The notes below the pieces were generated by a model. It ran no database searches and was not told where the DNA came from. It was given only the letters and a program-made list of their open reading frames with translations. From the NCBI GenBank assembly GCA_034439575.1, contig JAWXAQ010000007.1, forward strand, positions 256,001 through 320,000: 64,000 nt of DNA. The letters are read 5' to 3'. The first letter of the stretch is position 1; each line of letters opens with the position of its first letter. The position numbers and the translations under genes were made by a program. Source of the DNA: Leptospira sp. (lineage in GTDB: Bacteria > Spirochaetota > Leptospiria > Leptospirales > Leptospiraceae). This document shows, in pieces, positions 22,184 through 32,691 of this stretch.

Positions 22184-24625
22184 ATGTCATTTCAAGAACT
22201 TACAGTCTATTTAGAAAAGAAGGATAATGAGTTCTTTTCGATTCTGGAAAGTGACATAAAAAATTTAAGCAATACAAAGACTTTAATCATCATAAATTCC
22301 ATTGATTTTTCAGGAATTAAAAAGATTCCAGGAACAATCGTATTAATTTGGTTAGATGACAGTACTTTAGAAAAACAAAAAATACTTTTAGAACAATATC
22401 CTGAAATTCCATACATTTTGTTATCTGAAGATCACGTTAATGATTTTGAATTAACAGCAAATGCACACCCCACAAAATTATTTCTGACGAAATCATTATA
22501 CTCCCCTCTATTTTTACAATTGATGTTGGACTTTGCGGAAAGGTTTATTTCTGACATGAATCGTTCCTTCGAATATGATCGCATGAAGGAAAAAATCGTA
22601 GAACTTGAAAATATATTCGAAGAATCATTGGATATACAAATCCAAATAGATCCAGCGTCAAAACAAATTATAGGTATCAATAAACAAGCATTAAGTGTCC
22701 TGGGTTATTCAAAAGAAGAATTAATAGGTCAAGATTTTTCTATTTTAGTTCCCCCCGTTGATTTAACTGTGGATGCTGAATTTGAAGGAAGTTTAATTGC
22801 GGGCAGTGCTTTAAAAACAAAATTGGGAAATAGCATTCCTATGGAATCATCATTTCGGTTGTTTCCAGCTAACGGAAAGATGGCGGTATGGACAACTTTT
22901 CGTGATATAACGGAAAGACGAATTGCCCAAGAACAAGTAAAAAATCAAAAAGCATTTTATGAATTTATATTGGATAATATCGATTCTGATATTTCTGTAT
23001 TGGATTCTTTGTTTCGTTACGAATATTCAAATCCGAAATTGGTAACAATTCAAGAGACTAGAAATTGGCTAAATCAAAAATCAGATTTTGATTTTGCTAT
23101 GAAGATGAATTATCCCCCCGAATTCGCAGAAAAACGAAAAAAATATTTAGAAATCGCGAGCAAAGGGAATGAAATTGTAGAATTTGAAGAACTAATTCAA
23201 GATGAGCATGATGAGAAAAAATATATTCTTAGGAAATATATACCTATAGAAGAATCCAAAACTCATAAAAGACGAATCATTAGTTATGGAATTGATATTA
23301 CTGATCGTAAATTATCTGAAGAACGAATATCTTATTTAGCTTATTATGATGCCTTAACTGGACTATCAAATAGAACTTTATTCATAGATCATGCAAACCA
23401 AGCCTTGAAAAACCCTTCAACGATAGGAAATATTTTTGCCTTCTATTTCTTTGATATTGATAACTTTAAATTTATAAACGATAGTCTTGGCCATGCGAAA
23501 GGAGATATGTTACTCCAAATGGTCGGAGCGAGACTCAAACGTATCATGAATGAAGTGGATACGGTCGCCAGATTCGGTGGTGATGAATTTGCGATTTTAA
23601 AATTGGATATAGATAGCAAAGGTAAGGCGGCAGAATTTGCTCAGAAAATTTTAGATATTCTCAGCCAACCATTTCATATAACAGGCAGAGATCTTTATAC
23701 TACGATAAGTATGGGAATTGCTTTATCACCAAATGACGGCTCTGCGACACAAGAATTATTAAAAAATGCCGATATGGCGATGTATAAAGCCAAAGACCTT
23801 GGTCGCAATAATTTTCGATTTTATTCACCGGAACTAATTGAAAGATCTGAAAAGAGACTTTATATAGAAAATTCTTTACGTAAAGCCATTCAGAACAACG
23901 AACTTTCGTTATTTTTTCAGCCACAAATTTCGATGGCTTCTGGAAGAGTTTGCGGTGCGGAAGCTTTAATTCGTTGGAAACATCCTGAAAGAGGTTGGGT
24001 TCCTCCCAATGAATTCATTCCTGTGGCGGAGGATTCTGGTATTATCGAAAGAATCGGCGACTGGGTATTAGAAGAAGCATGCAGAAATAAAAAAGCGTGG
24101 AACCAGGCAAATTTAAATGGCTTCAACATAAGTATCAATGTTTCGGGAAAACAACTGAAACGAAATAGTTGGGCACAAAAAGTTCAGGCGACACTAGAAC
24201 ACTTTCAAATTAAAGCCGAAGAGATCGAATTAGAACTAACTGAAAGTTCGATTATGGAAAATCCAGAGAAAAGCATCGAAGCATTCAAATACCTATCCAA
24301 TTTAGGAATCAAAGTATCGATCGATGATTTTGGAACCGGATATTCTTCCCTTTCTTACCTTAAGAAAATAGATGCTGACAATTTAAAAATTGACCGTTCC
24401 TTTGTGATCGATTTAGAAACGAATGAAGATGACCAAGCCATTTGCCGTGCAATTATAAATATGGCCACTTCACTGGGCATGGAAGTGATTGCCGAAGGCG
24501 TGGAAACTGCGGAACAAAGAGATTTATTAAAATCAATTGGTTGTCATATCATACAAGGTTACTTTTATAGTCGCGCTTTGCCTGTGGATGAATTTGTTGC
24601 CTATGTTAAAAAAATTAACACTTAA
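22184..24625 (+). CDS. PAS-PAS-GGDEF-EAL c-di-GMP enzyme
   Basis: PAS ends FRDITER and GIDITDR; ARFGGDEF; AEALIRW, DDFGTGYSSL, EGVE. Confidence 0.95.
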   Translation: MSFQELTVYLEKKDNEFFSILESDIKNLSNTKTLIIINSIDFSGIKKIPGTIVLIWLDDSTLEKQKILLEQYPEIPYILLSEDHVNDFELTANAHPTKLFLTKSLYSPLFLQLMLDFAERFISDMNRSFEYDRMKEKIVELENIFEESLDIQIQIDPASKQIIGINKQALSVLGYSKEELIGQDFSILVPPVDLTVDAEFEGSLIAGSALKTKLGNSIPMESSFRLFPANGKMAVWTTFRDITERRIAQEQVKNQKAFYEFILDNIDSDISVLDSLFRYEYSNPKLVTIQETRNWLNQKSDFDFAMKMNYPPEFAEKRKKYLEIASKGNEIVEFEELIQDEHDEKKYILRKYIPIEESKTHKRRIISYGIDITDRKLSEERISYLAYYDALTGLSNRTLFIDHANQALKNPSTIGNIFAFYFFDIDNFKFINDSLGHAKGDMLLQMVGARLKRIMNEVDTVARFGGDEFAILKLDIDSKGKAAEFAQKILDILSQPFHITGRDLYTTISMGIALSPNDGSATQELLKNADMAMYKAKDLGRNNFRFYSPELIERSEKRLYIENSLRKAIQNNELSLFFQPQISMASGRVCGAEALIRWKHPERGWVPPNEFIPVAEDSGIIERIGDWVLEEACRNKKAWNQANLNGFNISINVSGKQLKRNSWAQKVQATLEHFQIKAEEIELELTESSIMENPEKSIEAFKYLSNLGIKVSIDDFGTGYSSLSYLKKIDADNLKIDRSFVIDLETNEDDQAICRAIINMATSLGMEVIAEGVETAEQRDLLKSIGCHIIQGYFYSRALPVDEFVAYVKKINT

Positions 24626-24655
24626 AACTTAAGCACTTAGCCGATTTTATTCTTA

Positions 24656-25615
24656 ATGAAATCATTTGTTTTTGCTTTATTATTTTTGTTCTCATTTCAT
24701 CTCTTGAGTGCAGATGTAAAAAAGACAAAAACAAAAAAATCACCAGCGACTGTTTCTAATTATTTTGTTAAAAAAGAAGAGAAGAATTTCACTTTAACTT
24801 TAGAGGCTCGCAGATTTGGACGAGGGGAAGCTATCTTTTTCCGCCTTACACCGAAAGATCAAAAATGGATTAACGAAACTTTTAAAGTAGTTTGGATGGG
24901 GAAGGAAGTGATTCTCACCAAACAGGCAAAAAGTTTTATTGCTTACTTTGCTATCTCACCTGACTTTCCAGGGGGACCTATGACATTAGACATACATTCA
25001 AAAATATTTTTTGTTAAACGAGGGACTAAAACGTATCAGATAGATTTAGAACCCACAAAATTCCAAGTCATTAAAAAAAATACACTGAAAGTGGATAATA
25101 AATTTGTGACTGAGGAACTCTCTCCAGAGACCCTCGAATTTATAAAACAATGCAAACAAACAAAAGAACAAGCTTTCGGACAAAATTCAAAATTAGAATT
25201 TAATCAAACATTCAATATGCCTCTTGATGCCATTCATATAACTAGCAGATTCTATGTTAGACGAGACTACAATGGCAAAAAAGGTCGTCCGCATGGTGGG
25301 GTTGATTTCAGGGGAAAATTAGGGACACCTATTCGTGCCATACAAGAAGGAACAGTTGTTTTAGCACAGAAAATGTATTATGAAGGAAACTTTACGATCA
25401 TTAATCATGGGAACAAAATATTCACTTTTTATATGCACCAAAATGATATCAAAGTGAAAGTAGGCGAAAAAGTGAAAAAAGGGCAGATCATTGGGACTGT
25501 TGGTTCCACAGGGATGTCAACTGGACCCCACTTGCATCTAGGAGCCAAGGTGAATGATACACTTGTGGATCCTTTATCATTAATTGCCCTCAGGACGATT
25601 GCTGAAAGTAAATGA
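24656..25615 (+). CDS. M23 family metallopeptidase
   Basis: HGGVD, YMH, STGPHLH; signal peptide. Confidence 0.92.
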   Translation: MKSFVFALLFLFSFHLLSADVKKTKTKKSPATVSNYFVKKEEKNFTLTLEARRFGRGEAIFFRLTPKDQKWINETFKVVWMGKEVILTKQAKSFIAYFAISPDFPGGPMTLDIHSKIFFVKRGTKTYQIDLEPTKFQVIKKNTLKVDNKFVTEELSPETLEFIKQCKQTKEQAFGQNSKLEFNQTFNMPLDAIHITSRFYVRRDYNGKKGRPHGGVDFRGKLGTPIRAIQEGTVVLAQKMYYEGNFTIINHGNKIFTFYMHQNDIKVKVGEKVKKGQIIGTVGSTGMSTGPHLHLGAKVNDTLVDPLSLIALRTIAESK

Positions 25616-26632
25616 TTTCAAAATAAAATCTAAACCAGGTTCATGAGGCTGGTCTTTTTCTAAATTTTCAGTGATATGAAGTAAGATTTTATCATGCGCT
25701 AAGTTTTCTATCAATATAAATCCTGTTTTCGCATAACGTGGACGAAGAAGGTCAAAAAAAGTCCAAAACTTACTTCCAATATTTTGAATGGTTTTTTCTT
25801 CTGATACTATTTCCTGTAAGTCCTCAATCTCTTCTTTACTTACTTGCATTTTTAAATACAAAGAAATTTCTTCAGACGCTTGAGCGAGTTCAAATGGAAC
25901 GTACGATGGAAAATAGAACATTCGAATAAAAGGATATCGATTTGGATCATTATCACTTGAACCTATAAGTCCTGCGATTTGACCTGCTCCCGTTTGGTTT
26001 TCTAATTTGAGATCTCTTGGATAATAAAATACAAATTCTTCATTTAAGGTAAATCCAAGTTTGATCTCTTCATTCCAGTAAGAGTTATCGTTTTTAACCC
26101 ATTCGTTTAAGTTTACTTCTTCAAATTTGTATTTGTTTTTAAAAAGAAAATAAGAAGAAACTATTTCCACAGATTGAAGCGCTTTGAATGATAATAAGCC
26201 ATTACCAACTAACAAAAAAGACGCGATCAGTATTTTTAAGAAGAATTCTGCTTTTATAAGTCTTACCAATGTAAAAATTGTAATGAGCATGAAACAAAAT
26301 ACTTTCCCTGCTCGGAATTGAAAAATTTCAGATGTCCATAAAGCCAAAATAAAAATGATAAAAACTATAAGTTCAATTAAAGGATGGTATGGATTTAACC
26401 AATAACTTTTAATCAGAAAAAGTGTTCCATAAATAAGCATCCCACCTAATACGAGTGCAAAAATACTTAAAAAAAGAATATAATTCCAGGGTAGGTGCCA
26501 CTCGTGAAATATAAAGAAAGGCAAACTTATACAAGCATACGCTAATATAACTAACGCAGTACGAGAATGATTTGTTATTTTGAATAAGAAATCTCTTGCA
26601 CGATTGAATAAAATATCAATAATTTGATGCAT
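25580..26632 (-). CDS. Hypothetical membrane protein (start re-called to ATG at 26632)
   Basis: About 5 TM segments followed by a soluble C-terminal domain. Confidence 0.65.
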   Translation of the reverse strand: MHQIIDILFNRARDFLFKITNHSRTALVILAYACISLPFFIFHEWHLPWNYILFLSIFALVLGGMLIYGTLFLIKSYWLNPYHPLIELIVFIIFILALWTSEIFQFRAGKVFCFMLITIFTLVRLIKAEFFLKILIASFLLVGNGLLSFKALQSVEIVSSYFLFKNKYKFEEVNLNEWVKNDNSYWNEEIKLGFTLNEEFVFYYPRDLKLENQTGAGQIAGLIGSSDNDPNRYPFIRMFYFPSYVPFELAQASEEISLYLKMQVSKEEIEDLQEIVSEEKTIQNIGSKFWTFFDLLRPRYAKTGFILIENLAHDKILLHITENLEKDQPHEPGLDFILKSFTFSNRPEGN

Positions 26633-27206
26633 GTCAGGTATAATACAGTTCTTTGAAAAAATACAAAAGCAGATCCTAGATCTCCAAACCACAATAAATC
26701 AATTCCAACAAAGTTGGCAAAATTTTCAAAAGTTCTGGGATCTATTTTTTACTATCTTGCCTTGGGAAGTTCTCCTTTTACTACTCTTTTCTGTCATCTT
26801 CCTTTCCATATTTAATTCAGTCTCACCAAATACTCCAAAGATAAACTTAAGTATTATCGTGATTATGCTTTCTTTCCTTTGGTCATATTTCTGGGGGATT
26901 TTTAGTACCACTGTAAATTACCTTGTCATTGCAAAAGCGGCACTCTATATTCTACTTCCTGTTCACGCCTTTGGGATTGTATCCTTGAGTTATCATTTTT
27001 ATAAAAAATGGAGTCTTTCCAAAAAACGAATCCAACCACGTGATTGGGAAATGAGTCTAGGACAAATTTCCAAAGATTATAATGAGCTCATGTCTTTTGG
27101 ATATGGAAAAACGAATTCAGCAATTGAAAGTGCGAAAGAATTAAAAGAAAAAATACAAAATTTAGAATCTGCACTTTTAGGATTAAAATCTTTGTTAAAG
27201 GATTAG
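26631..27206 (+). CDS. Hypothetical membrane protein
   Basis: N- and C-terminal coiled-coil-like regions around about 3 TM segments. Confidence 0.65.
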   Translation: MSGIIQFFEKIQKQILDLQTTINQFQQSWQNFQKFWDLFFTILPWEVLLLLLFSVIFLSIFNSVSPNTPKINLSIIVIMLSFLWSYFWGIFSTTVNYLVIAKAALYILLPVHAFGIVSLSYHFYKKWSLSKKRIQPRDWEMSLGQISKDYNELMSFGYGKTNSAIESAKELKEKIQNLESALLGLKSLLKD

Positions 27207-27220
27207 CGTTAAGAGCAATT

Positions 27221-29284
27221 ATGCGGAAAAAATATATTTTATTATTAATTAGTTTTTTGTTTTGTAAACCACCTCAATTAAATAATGCAGGTGATTCCAA
27301 GACTATAACTTTTTTAATCACCGAGTATCTGCGATGTTTAAATGCACGTTGTTATGATGTAGATAGCACACGCAATACTGTATGGAAGGAAGTTTTTGCA
27401 AAGCCGGTACCTACTGATTTGAGAAATATCCGTCAGAACTCAAAGGGTGTCAGTATTGCTGTTGGTGGCAATGGTACTATTATCAGAAAAGAATCGGAAA
27501 ATGCAGAATGGGTATTGGTTAATGCTGGTTTTGCGAATTTTTGGAGATCTGTATCCTTTCGCACTGATACTGAAGTTTGGATCGTTGGGGAAGCACAATC
27601 AATTGCTGTGAGCCAAGATAGTGGCAAAACTTGGAAAAAATTAAACAATCCTAGTTTAAGTGGAAATTTCGGAGGAGTTCTCTTTACGGATGCTCAGAAT
27701 GGAATCATTGTCGCTGATGTAATGTTTGAAGTTCAATCAAGTTACAATACCATTATGCGAACAACAGACGGTGGTTATACGTGGTTTGAACAAATGAAAG
27801 TTTCGAATGGTACTTGGAATTTTCTAGAAAGAGCTTACGACAATTCAATCATAGCTGGCTTACGTATTGATAATTCAAATGGGTTACTTTATAGATCCTT
27901 TGATGATGGAAAGTCATGGACAAAGATAGACTATATTCCCTTTGCTAATCCTGTATTTGTAGATTTTAAAAATGCACAAGAAGGGATTGGTATTTTTGCG
28001 GCTCCTGGAGGTAATCTTCGCAAAACAACAGATGGAGGTATCACTTGGAGTGATATTCCCTCTGCTCCCTCTATTAGTTTCGCTGGCCTTAGGTTTGTTT
28101 CTTCTGGACGAATACTTTTGTCTGGTATCGCAAGTACCTCACCGCAGCATCCAGTGATTTACAGAAGTGATGATTTTGGTCAAAGCTGGAATCTCATCAC
28201 TACCGTTAGTTCCTATTTAAGTTCAATCCCAGTTTATTTTTACAATAAAGACCAAAAAGTTTATTTATTGGGAACCGCTGGATTTTTGGCAGAATCAACT
28301 AACAATGGTGATGATTTTAAATTAAAATCAAGTTTTTATCGGCAAGTCTCTGGTATATACATTAAAGGCCTTTCTAATGGACAAATTTTATTCAATACTT
28401 TCCAACAAGCTCCTAATACCCCTTTTTTTAAAACCATTGATAAATTTGACACGACAACTCTTATGAATTTTACATCAGCCTCAAATGTGAATATGAATGT
28501 TATGTGTTCAACGAGTGATGGAATGAAAATTTTTATCGGCGGAGCGAATATGAATGCATATTATTCTTACGATGGCGGGCAATCATTCACACTCATTACC
28601 GTTGGAAACATAACCGGTGGTATCATTCCTGGATCATCTTCCATCACTGCTTGTTCGTGGCTCGATCAAAATTCTATAGTTATAGGCGCAGCTAATGCGT
28701 ACACGGCGAGGTCTGTAGATTCTGGAGTGAATTGGTCAGCTCATACTTCTGTAAACACATCGTTACCTGCGATTAGAAATTTTGCGGTTTCACCTAGCAA
28801 TAGCAATATTGTCATTGGTGTGACTGGGATTGGAAGCGCAAATGTGACCACTGCAGCAATCATAAAATCATCTGATGCAGGAATCAATTGGACATCTACT
28901 AGTTATCAAAATATAAATTTTACCGATGTATCATGTATCGATTCAGTTACTTGTTATGCGTTTGGATTTTATGTAGCAAATACTACATTTCAAACCAATG
29001 TATTTAAGACTACTGATGCGGGAAACAGTTGGACTAAGATTGTCCCCCTCGGTCTAATCGGAGCATCACCAAGAAAGTGTCATTTTTTCAATACATTAGA
29101 AGGATGGCTTTCCACAAATCGTGGTCTTTATTATACTAAGGATGGCGGTTTAACATGGAGCGAATCTATTTTGCCATATATAAACATTGGTTATAATGAT
29201 ATCACATCATTGTCAGATGGGACTGTTTATGCTATCGGACAGAACATGAGTATCATCTCAGCTCCGAATCGAGGATTCCAATGA
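27221..29284 (+). CDS. BNR/Asp-box repeat (Ycf48/VPS10-like) beta-propeller lipoprotein
   Basis: Lipobox-like FLFC; about 11 S/T-x-D-x-G-x-T/S/N-W/F boxes. Confidence 0.85.
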   Translation: MRKKYILLLISFLFCKPPQLNNAGDSKTITFLITEYLRCLNARCYDVDSTRNTVWKEVFAKPVPTDLRNIRQNSKGVSIAVGGNGTIIRKESENAEWVLVNAGFANFWRSVSFRTDTEVWIVGEAQSIAVSQDSGKTWKKLNNPSLSGNFGGVLFTDAQNGIIVADVMFEVQSSYNTIMRTTDGGYTWFEQMKVSNGTWNFLERAYDNSIIAGLRIDNSNGLLYRSFDDGKSWTKIDYIPFANPVFVDFKNAQEGIGIFAAPGGNLRKTTDGGITWSDIPSAPSISFAGLRFVSSGRILLSGIASTSPQHPVIYRSDDFGQSWNLITTVSSYLSSIPVYFYNKDQKVYLLGTAGFLAESTNNGDDFKLKSSFYRQVSGIYIKGLSNGQILFNTFQQAPNTPFFKTIDKFDTTTLMNFTSASNVNMNVMCSTSDGMKIFIGGANMNAYYSYDGGQSFTLITVGNITGGIIPGSSSITACSWLDQNSIVIGAANAYTARSVDSGVNWSAHTSVNTSLPAIRNFAVSPSNSNIVIGVTGIGSANVTTAAIIKSSDAGINWTSTSYQNINFTDVSCIDSVTCYAFGFYVANTTFQTNVFKTTDAGNSWTKIVPLGLIGASPRKCHFFNTLEGWLSTNRGLYYTKDGGLTWSESILPYINIGYNDITSLSDGTVYAIGQNMSIISAPNRGFQ

Positions 29285-31536
29285 TATATAAAATCTATTT
29301 TGTAATCATTGCGTATGTCTGTATAAATTGTTCCAATTTGATTCAAAACAAAGATAAAAATATTTTTGAAACATTGGGCATACTTTCAATTTTAAATAGT
29401 ACACAAGAATTGGATTTTGATCCCTCCAATTTATTATTTCCAACCACAAATGGGGTAGTCAAAGAACAAATTCGTATTGGGAATATTTTGTATGCGATAG
29501 GCGATTATAGCTTTATGGGATATCCTGCGGAAAGGTATGCGGAAATTAATCCAAATGATGGATCACTCATCAGACGTAATATGCCCCTCGTATCTGGAGT
29601 TTCTTTAAATCGTATCTTAAAGGATAACTTAGGTCGGACTTATTTGATTGGAAATTTTACTGCAGTGGACGGTGTTAGCAGATCAAACTTTGCCAGGTTA
29701 AATGCCGATGGAACTTTATCGTCTTTCGCTCCTTCTTTCAATGGCGCCATACGATTCGGTTTATTATTATCAAATAACAAATTATTATTGTCAGGTGCTT
29801 TTACGACTGTCGATAGCACTTCCACCACATTTGGAATCGTTGCCATTGATTTAAATACAGATACGATTGATACAGCATGGGTGAAAACACTTTCGACGGC
29901 TAATTCTGTAAATGCGATGTTGGAGAAGAATTCAAATGTTTATTTGGGTGGTAGTTTTACTACTATTGATGGAAATGTTAGAAATGGTTTGGTAAAATTA
30001 AATTTAACAGGAACCGTGGATACAACATGGACAATCTCCATTGCCGGGACTCCACTTTCTATCAATTCACTAGCAACTAACACTGATGGGACAAGACTTT
30101 TTATAGGAGGAGTATTTAGCACTGTAGGCGTCACCTCTAAACCTCATTTAGCCTCGATTGATATCACTAGTTCACCAACATTAGATACAAATTTTGAATC
30201 TAATTTCACTTTTTCAACAACGGCTACAGCTATTTCCAAAATAATCAGCGATGGGACACTCTCAGATGGAAATCTTTATATTTGCGGAAGATTTGCAACT
30301 TTGTCTGGAATTCCCGCTGTAGCAAAGCTTAAACAATCAACAGGGGTAGTTGATAGAGAATATCGATTGCCTCAAGTGAATTCAAGTTTATTAGTCAATG
30401 AATGTTTGTTAAATGGAAATGATATGTACATTGCAGCGGGAATTTCCATTTCTAATACAATGTACACTAGATCTGTATTATTAAAATATAACCATTATAT
30501 AAGAGATTTTGACTATGGATTCAATCCTTTCCCTTCGACTAATGTGAATGGAATAACTTTATATGAAAATGTTTTATATGTTGCTGGTGCTTTTCAATAT
30601 ATTGGTGGATTGTTTCGCAAAGATATTGCTGGGATCAATTTGGTTAATGGAGATATAACGGAGACAAAAATAGAATTTCCTGCGGGAGGAAACTTAAATA
30701 GTGCCGCTAGCTTTGACAACAATCTGATATTAGGTGGCTCATTTTATCGGGCTGGATATGCTTATAACCGAAACCTAACAAAATATGATCCGAGAAATAA
30801 TGAAGTTATAACAAATTTTAATCCTGATATAGATGGAGAAGTTTATCATGTGATGAATGTAGAGGGTGATTTGTTAATTTCTGGAAATTTTCAAACTGTA
30901 AATTCCAATCCAAGATCTGGCTTTGCAAAATTAAATTCTACTTTTGGAAGTTTGGATCCATACTTTAAAAATTTCCCTGAAGGTAATGTTTACTCCTGCG
31001 TTTTATATAAAGGTGATTATTTATGTGCTGGTTCCTTTTCGAAAGTATCTGGCGTGAATTGCCCAAATTTATGTTTATTTGATCGGGGCACTGGCAAACC
31101 AAAATCATCTAACTTTAAATATACGGGTGGAATTTATAAACTAATTAAAAATTCGGATAGGATTCATATTCTAGGAAATTTGACATCTTGGGAAGACACA
31201 CAAGTTGCCGGCTTAGTCACGGTATCTTCAGAGAACTTAAGCCAAATCATCTCAACGGAAATTCCCGTAAACGGATTGCCCCATGATATAGTTTCAAAAA
31301 ATAACCGTACCGTCGTAGGTGGTGATTTTACTGCTTCAAACCAAGTTCCCCTATATGGACTAACGGCTTATACTTTGGGTTCCAATACGGTTCGCTCAGA
31401 AGGAAATCCTTATCAAAATCGAGATATATTCAGTATCCAAGCAATTGGAAAAAATACTTTTAGTGTAGGAGGGAATTATTCCACTTTGAATGGTAAAACA
31501 CAATTTGGCTTGGGATTAGTGCAATTCTCGGATTAG
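29281..31536 (+). CDS. Large beta-propeller repeat lipoprotein (delta-60/Rax2-like G-x-F repeats)
   Basis: Lipobox CINC; about 13 repeats of (hydrophobic)-G-x-F-T/S...(R)..(hydrophobic)AKL...G.LD..F. Confidence 0.75.
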   Translation: MIYKIYFVIIAYVCINCSNLIQNKDKNIFETLGILSILNSTQELDFDPSNLLFPTTNGVVKEQIRIGNILYAIGDYSFMGYPAERYAEINPNDGSLIRRNMPLVSGVSLNRILKDNLGRTYLIGNFTAVDGVSRSNFARLNADGTLSSFAPSFNGAIRFGLLLSNNKLLLSGAFTTVDSTSTTFGIVAIDLNTDTIDTAWVKTLSTANSVNAMLEKNSNVYLGGSFTTIDGNVRNGLVKLNLTGTVDTTWTISIAGTPLSINSLATNTDGTRLFIGGVFSTVGVTSKPHLASIDITSSPTLDTNFESNFTFSTTATAISKIISDGTLSDGNLYICGRFATLSGIPAVAKLKQSTGVVDREYRLPQVNSSLLVNECLLNGNDMYIAAGISISNTMYTRSVLLKYNHYIRDFDYGFNPFPSTNVNGITLYENVLYVAGAFQYIGGLFRKDIAGINLVNGDITETKIEFPAGGNLNSAASFDNNLILGGSFYRAGYAYNRNLTKYDPRNNEVITNFNPDIDGEVYHVMNVEGDLLISGNFQTVNSNPRSGFAKLNSTFGSLDPYFKNFPEGNVYSCVLYKGDYLCAGSFSKVSGVNCPNLCLFDRGTGKPKSSNFKYTGGIYKLIKNSDRIHILGNLTSWEDTQVAGLVTVSSENLSQIISTEIPVNGLPHDIVSKNNRTVVGGDFTASNQVPLYGLTAYTLGSNTVRSEGNPYQNRDIFSIQAIGKNTFSVGGNYSTLNGKTQFGLGLVQFSD

Positions 31537-31617
31537 CGATTTCTTTCTATTTTTAATTTTCTTGTTTTTTAGTGGATTCGCCGATAAATTAAGTAATCAG
31601 GATTTCAGAAAGATCTC

Positions 31618-32631
31618 ATGCTGAACAAGAAACCCTCACTCACCGGAAGACAAAAGGCCGCCATTTTTCTAGTTGCCGTTGGCAATGAAGTTGCTGCGGA
31701 CATTTTTAAGCACCTGCGAGAAGATGAGATTGAACAAATTACTTTCGAAATAGCCAGATTAGACAAAATCACTCCAGAAGATAAAGAGAAGGTGTTAGTT
31801 GAGTTCAATGAACTCATGATGGCACAAGAATTTATAACAAATGGTGGTATTGACTTTGCCAGGGGATTATTAGAAAAAGCTCTCGGAAATCAGAAAGCCA
31901 TTGATATAATCAATCGTCTAACATCATCTTTACAGGTAAGACCATTTGACTTTATTCGACGCACAGATCCTGCGCACTTATTAAACTTTATCCAAGGTGA
32001 ACACCCGCAAACGATTGCCTTGATTTTATCTTATTTGGATCCTCAAAAAGCATCCAATATTCTCTCAAATTTGCCACATCAGATTCAAGCGGAAGTTGCT
32101 AAACGAATTGCAACAATGGACCGTGTTTCTCCAGATGTACTCCGTGAAGTAGAACGCGTGTTAGAGAGAAAGTTATCCACTTTGGCTTCAGAAGATTATA
32201 CCTCAGCTGGTGGTATCGATTCAGTGGTAGAAATTTTGAACCTTGTAGATAGGGGAACAGAAAAAACAATCATTGAAGCACTTGAAGAAGAGGATCCCGA
32301 ACTCGCGGAAGAAATCAAAAAGAGGATGTTTGTCTTCGAAGATATCGTATTACTTGACGACCGTGCGATTCAAAAAGTTATGCGGGAAGTGGACAATACA
32401 GATTTAGCGAAAGCTTTGAAATCTGTGGATTCCGAAGTACAAGATAAAATTTTCAAGAACATGTCAAAACGTGCCGCCAACTTACTCAGAGAAGATATGG
32501 ACTTTATGGGCCCTGTACGCTTAAAGGACGTTGAAGATGCTCAGCAAAAAATTGTAAATATTATACGTAAATTGGAAGAAGCGGGTGAAATCGTCGTGGC
32601 ACGTGCTGGTGAAGATGAACTTGTTGTTTAA
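31618..32631 (+). CDS. fliG: Flagellar motor switch protein FliG
   Basis: LTGRQKAAIFL, EHPQTIALILS, GG linker, MFVFEDI, VEDAQQKIV. Confidence 0.97.
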   Translation: MLNKKPSLTGRQKAAIFLVAVGNEVAADIFKHLREDEIEQITFEIARLDKITPEDKEKVLVEFNELMMAQEFITNGGIDFARGLLEKALGNQKAIDIINRLTSSLQVRPFDFIRRTDPAHLLNFIQGEHPQTIALILSYLDPQKASNILSNLPHQIQAEVAKRIATMDRVSPDVLREVERVLERKLSTLASEDYTSAGGIDSVVEILNLVDRGTEKTIIEALEEEDPELAEEIKKRMFVFEDIVLLDDRAIQKVMREVDNTDLAKALKSVDSEVQDKIFKNMSKRAANLLREDMDFMGPVRLKDVEDAQQKIVNIIRKLEEAGEIVVARAGEDELVV

Positions 32632-32691
32632 TTAAAAAAGTCTTTTCATTCAAAACTTCCGAAATGATTATTTACTTAATCGGGAGTCATA

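Noticed and set aside
31580..31587. sigma28 promoter for fliG (GCCGATAA); similar boxes at 16439, 24640 and 48855
   Set aside because: No TAAA -35 element at the expected spacing
31618..32631. fliG outside a flagellar operon
   Set aside because: Dispersed, multiple fliG paralogs are normal in spirochaetes
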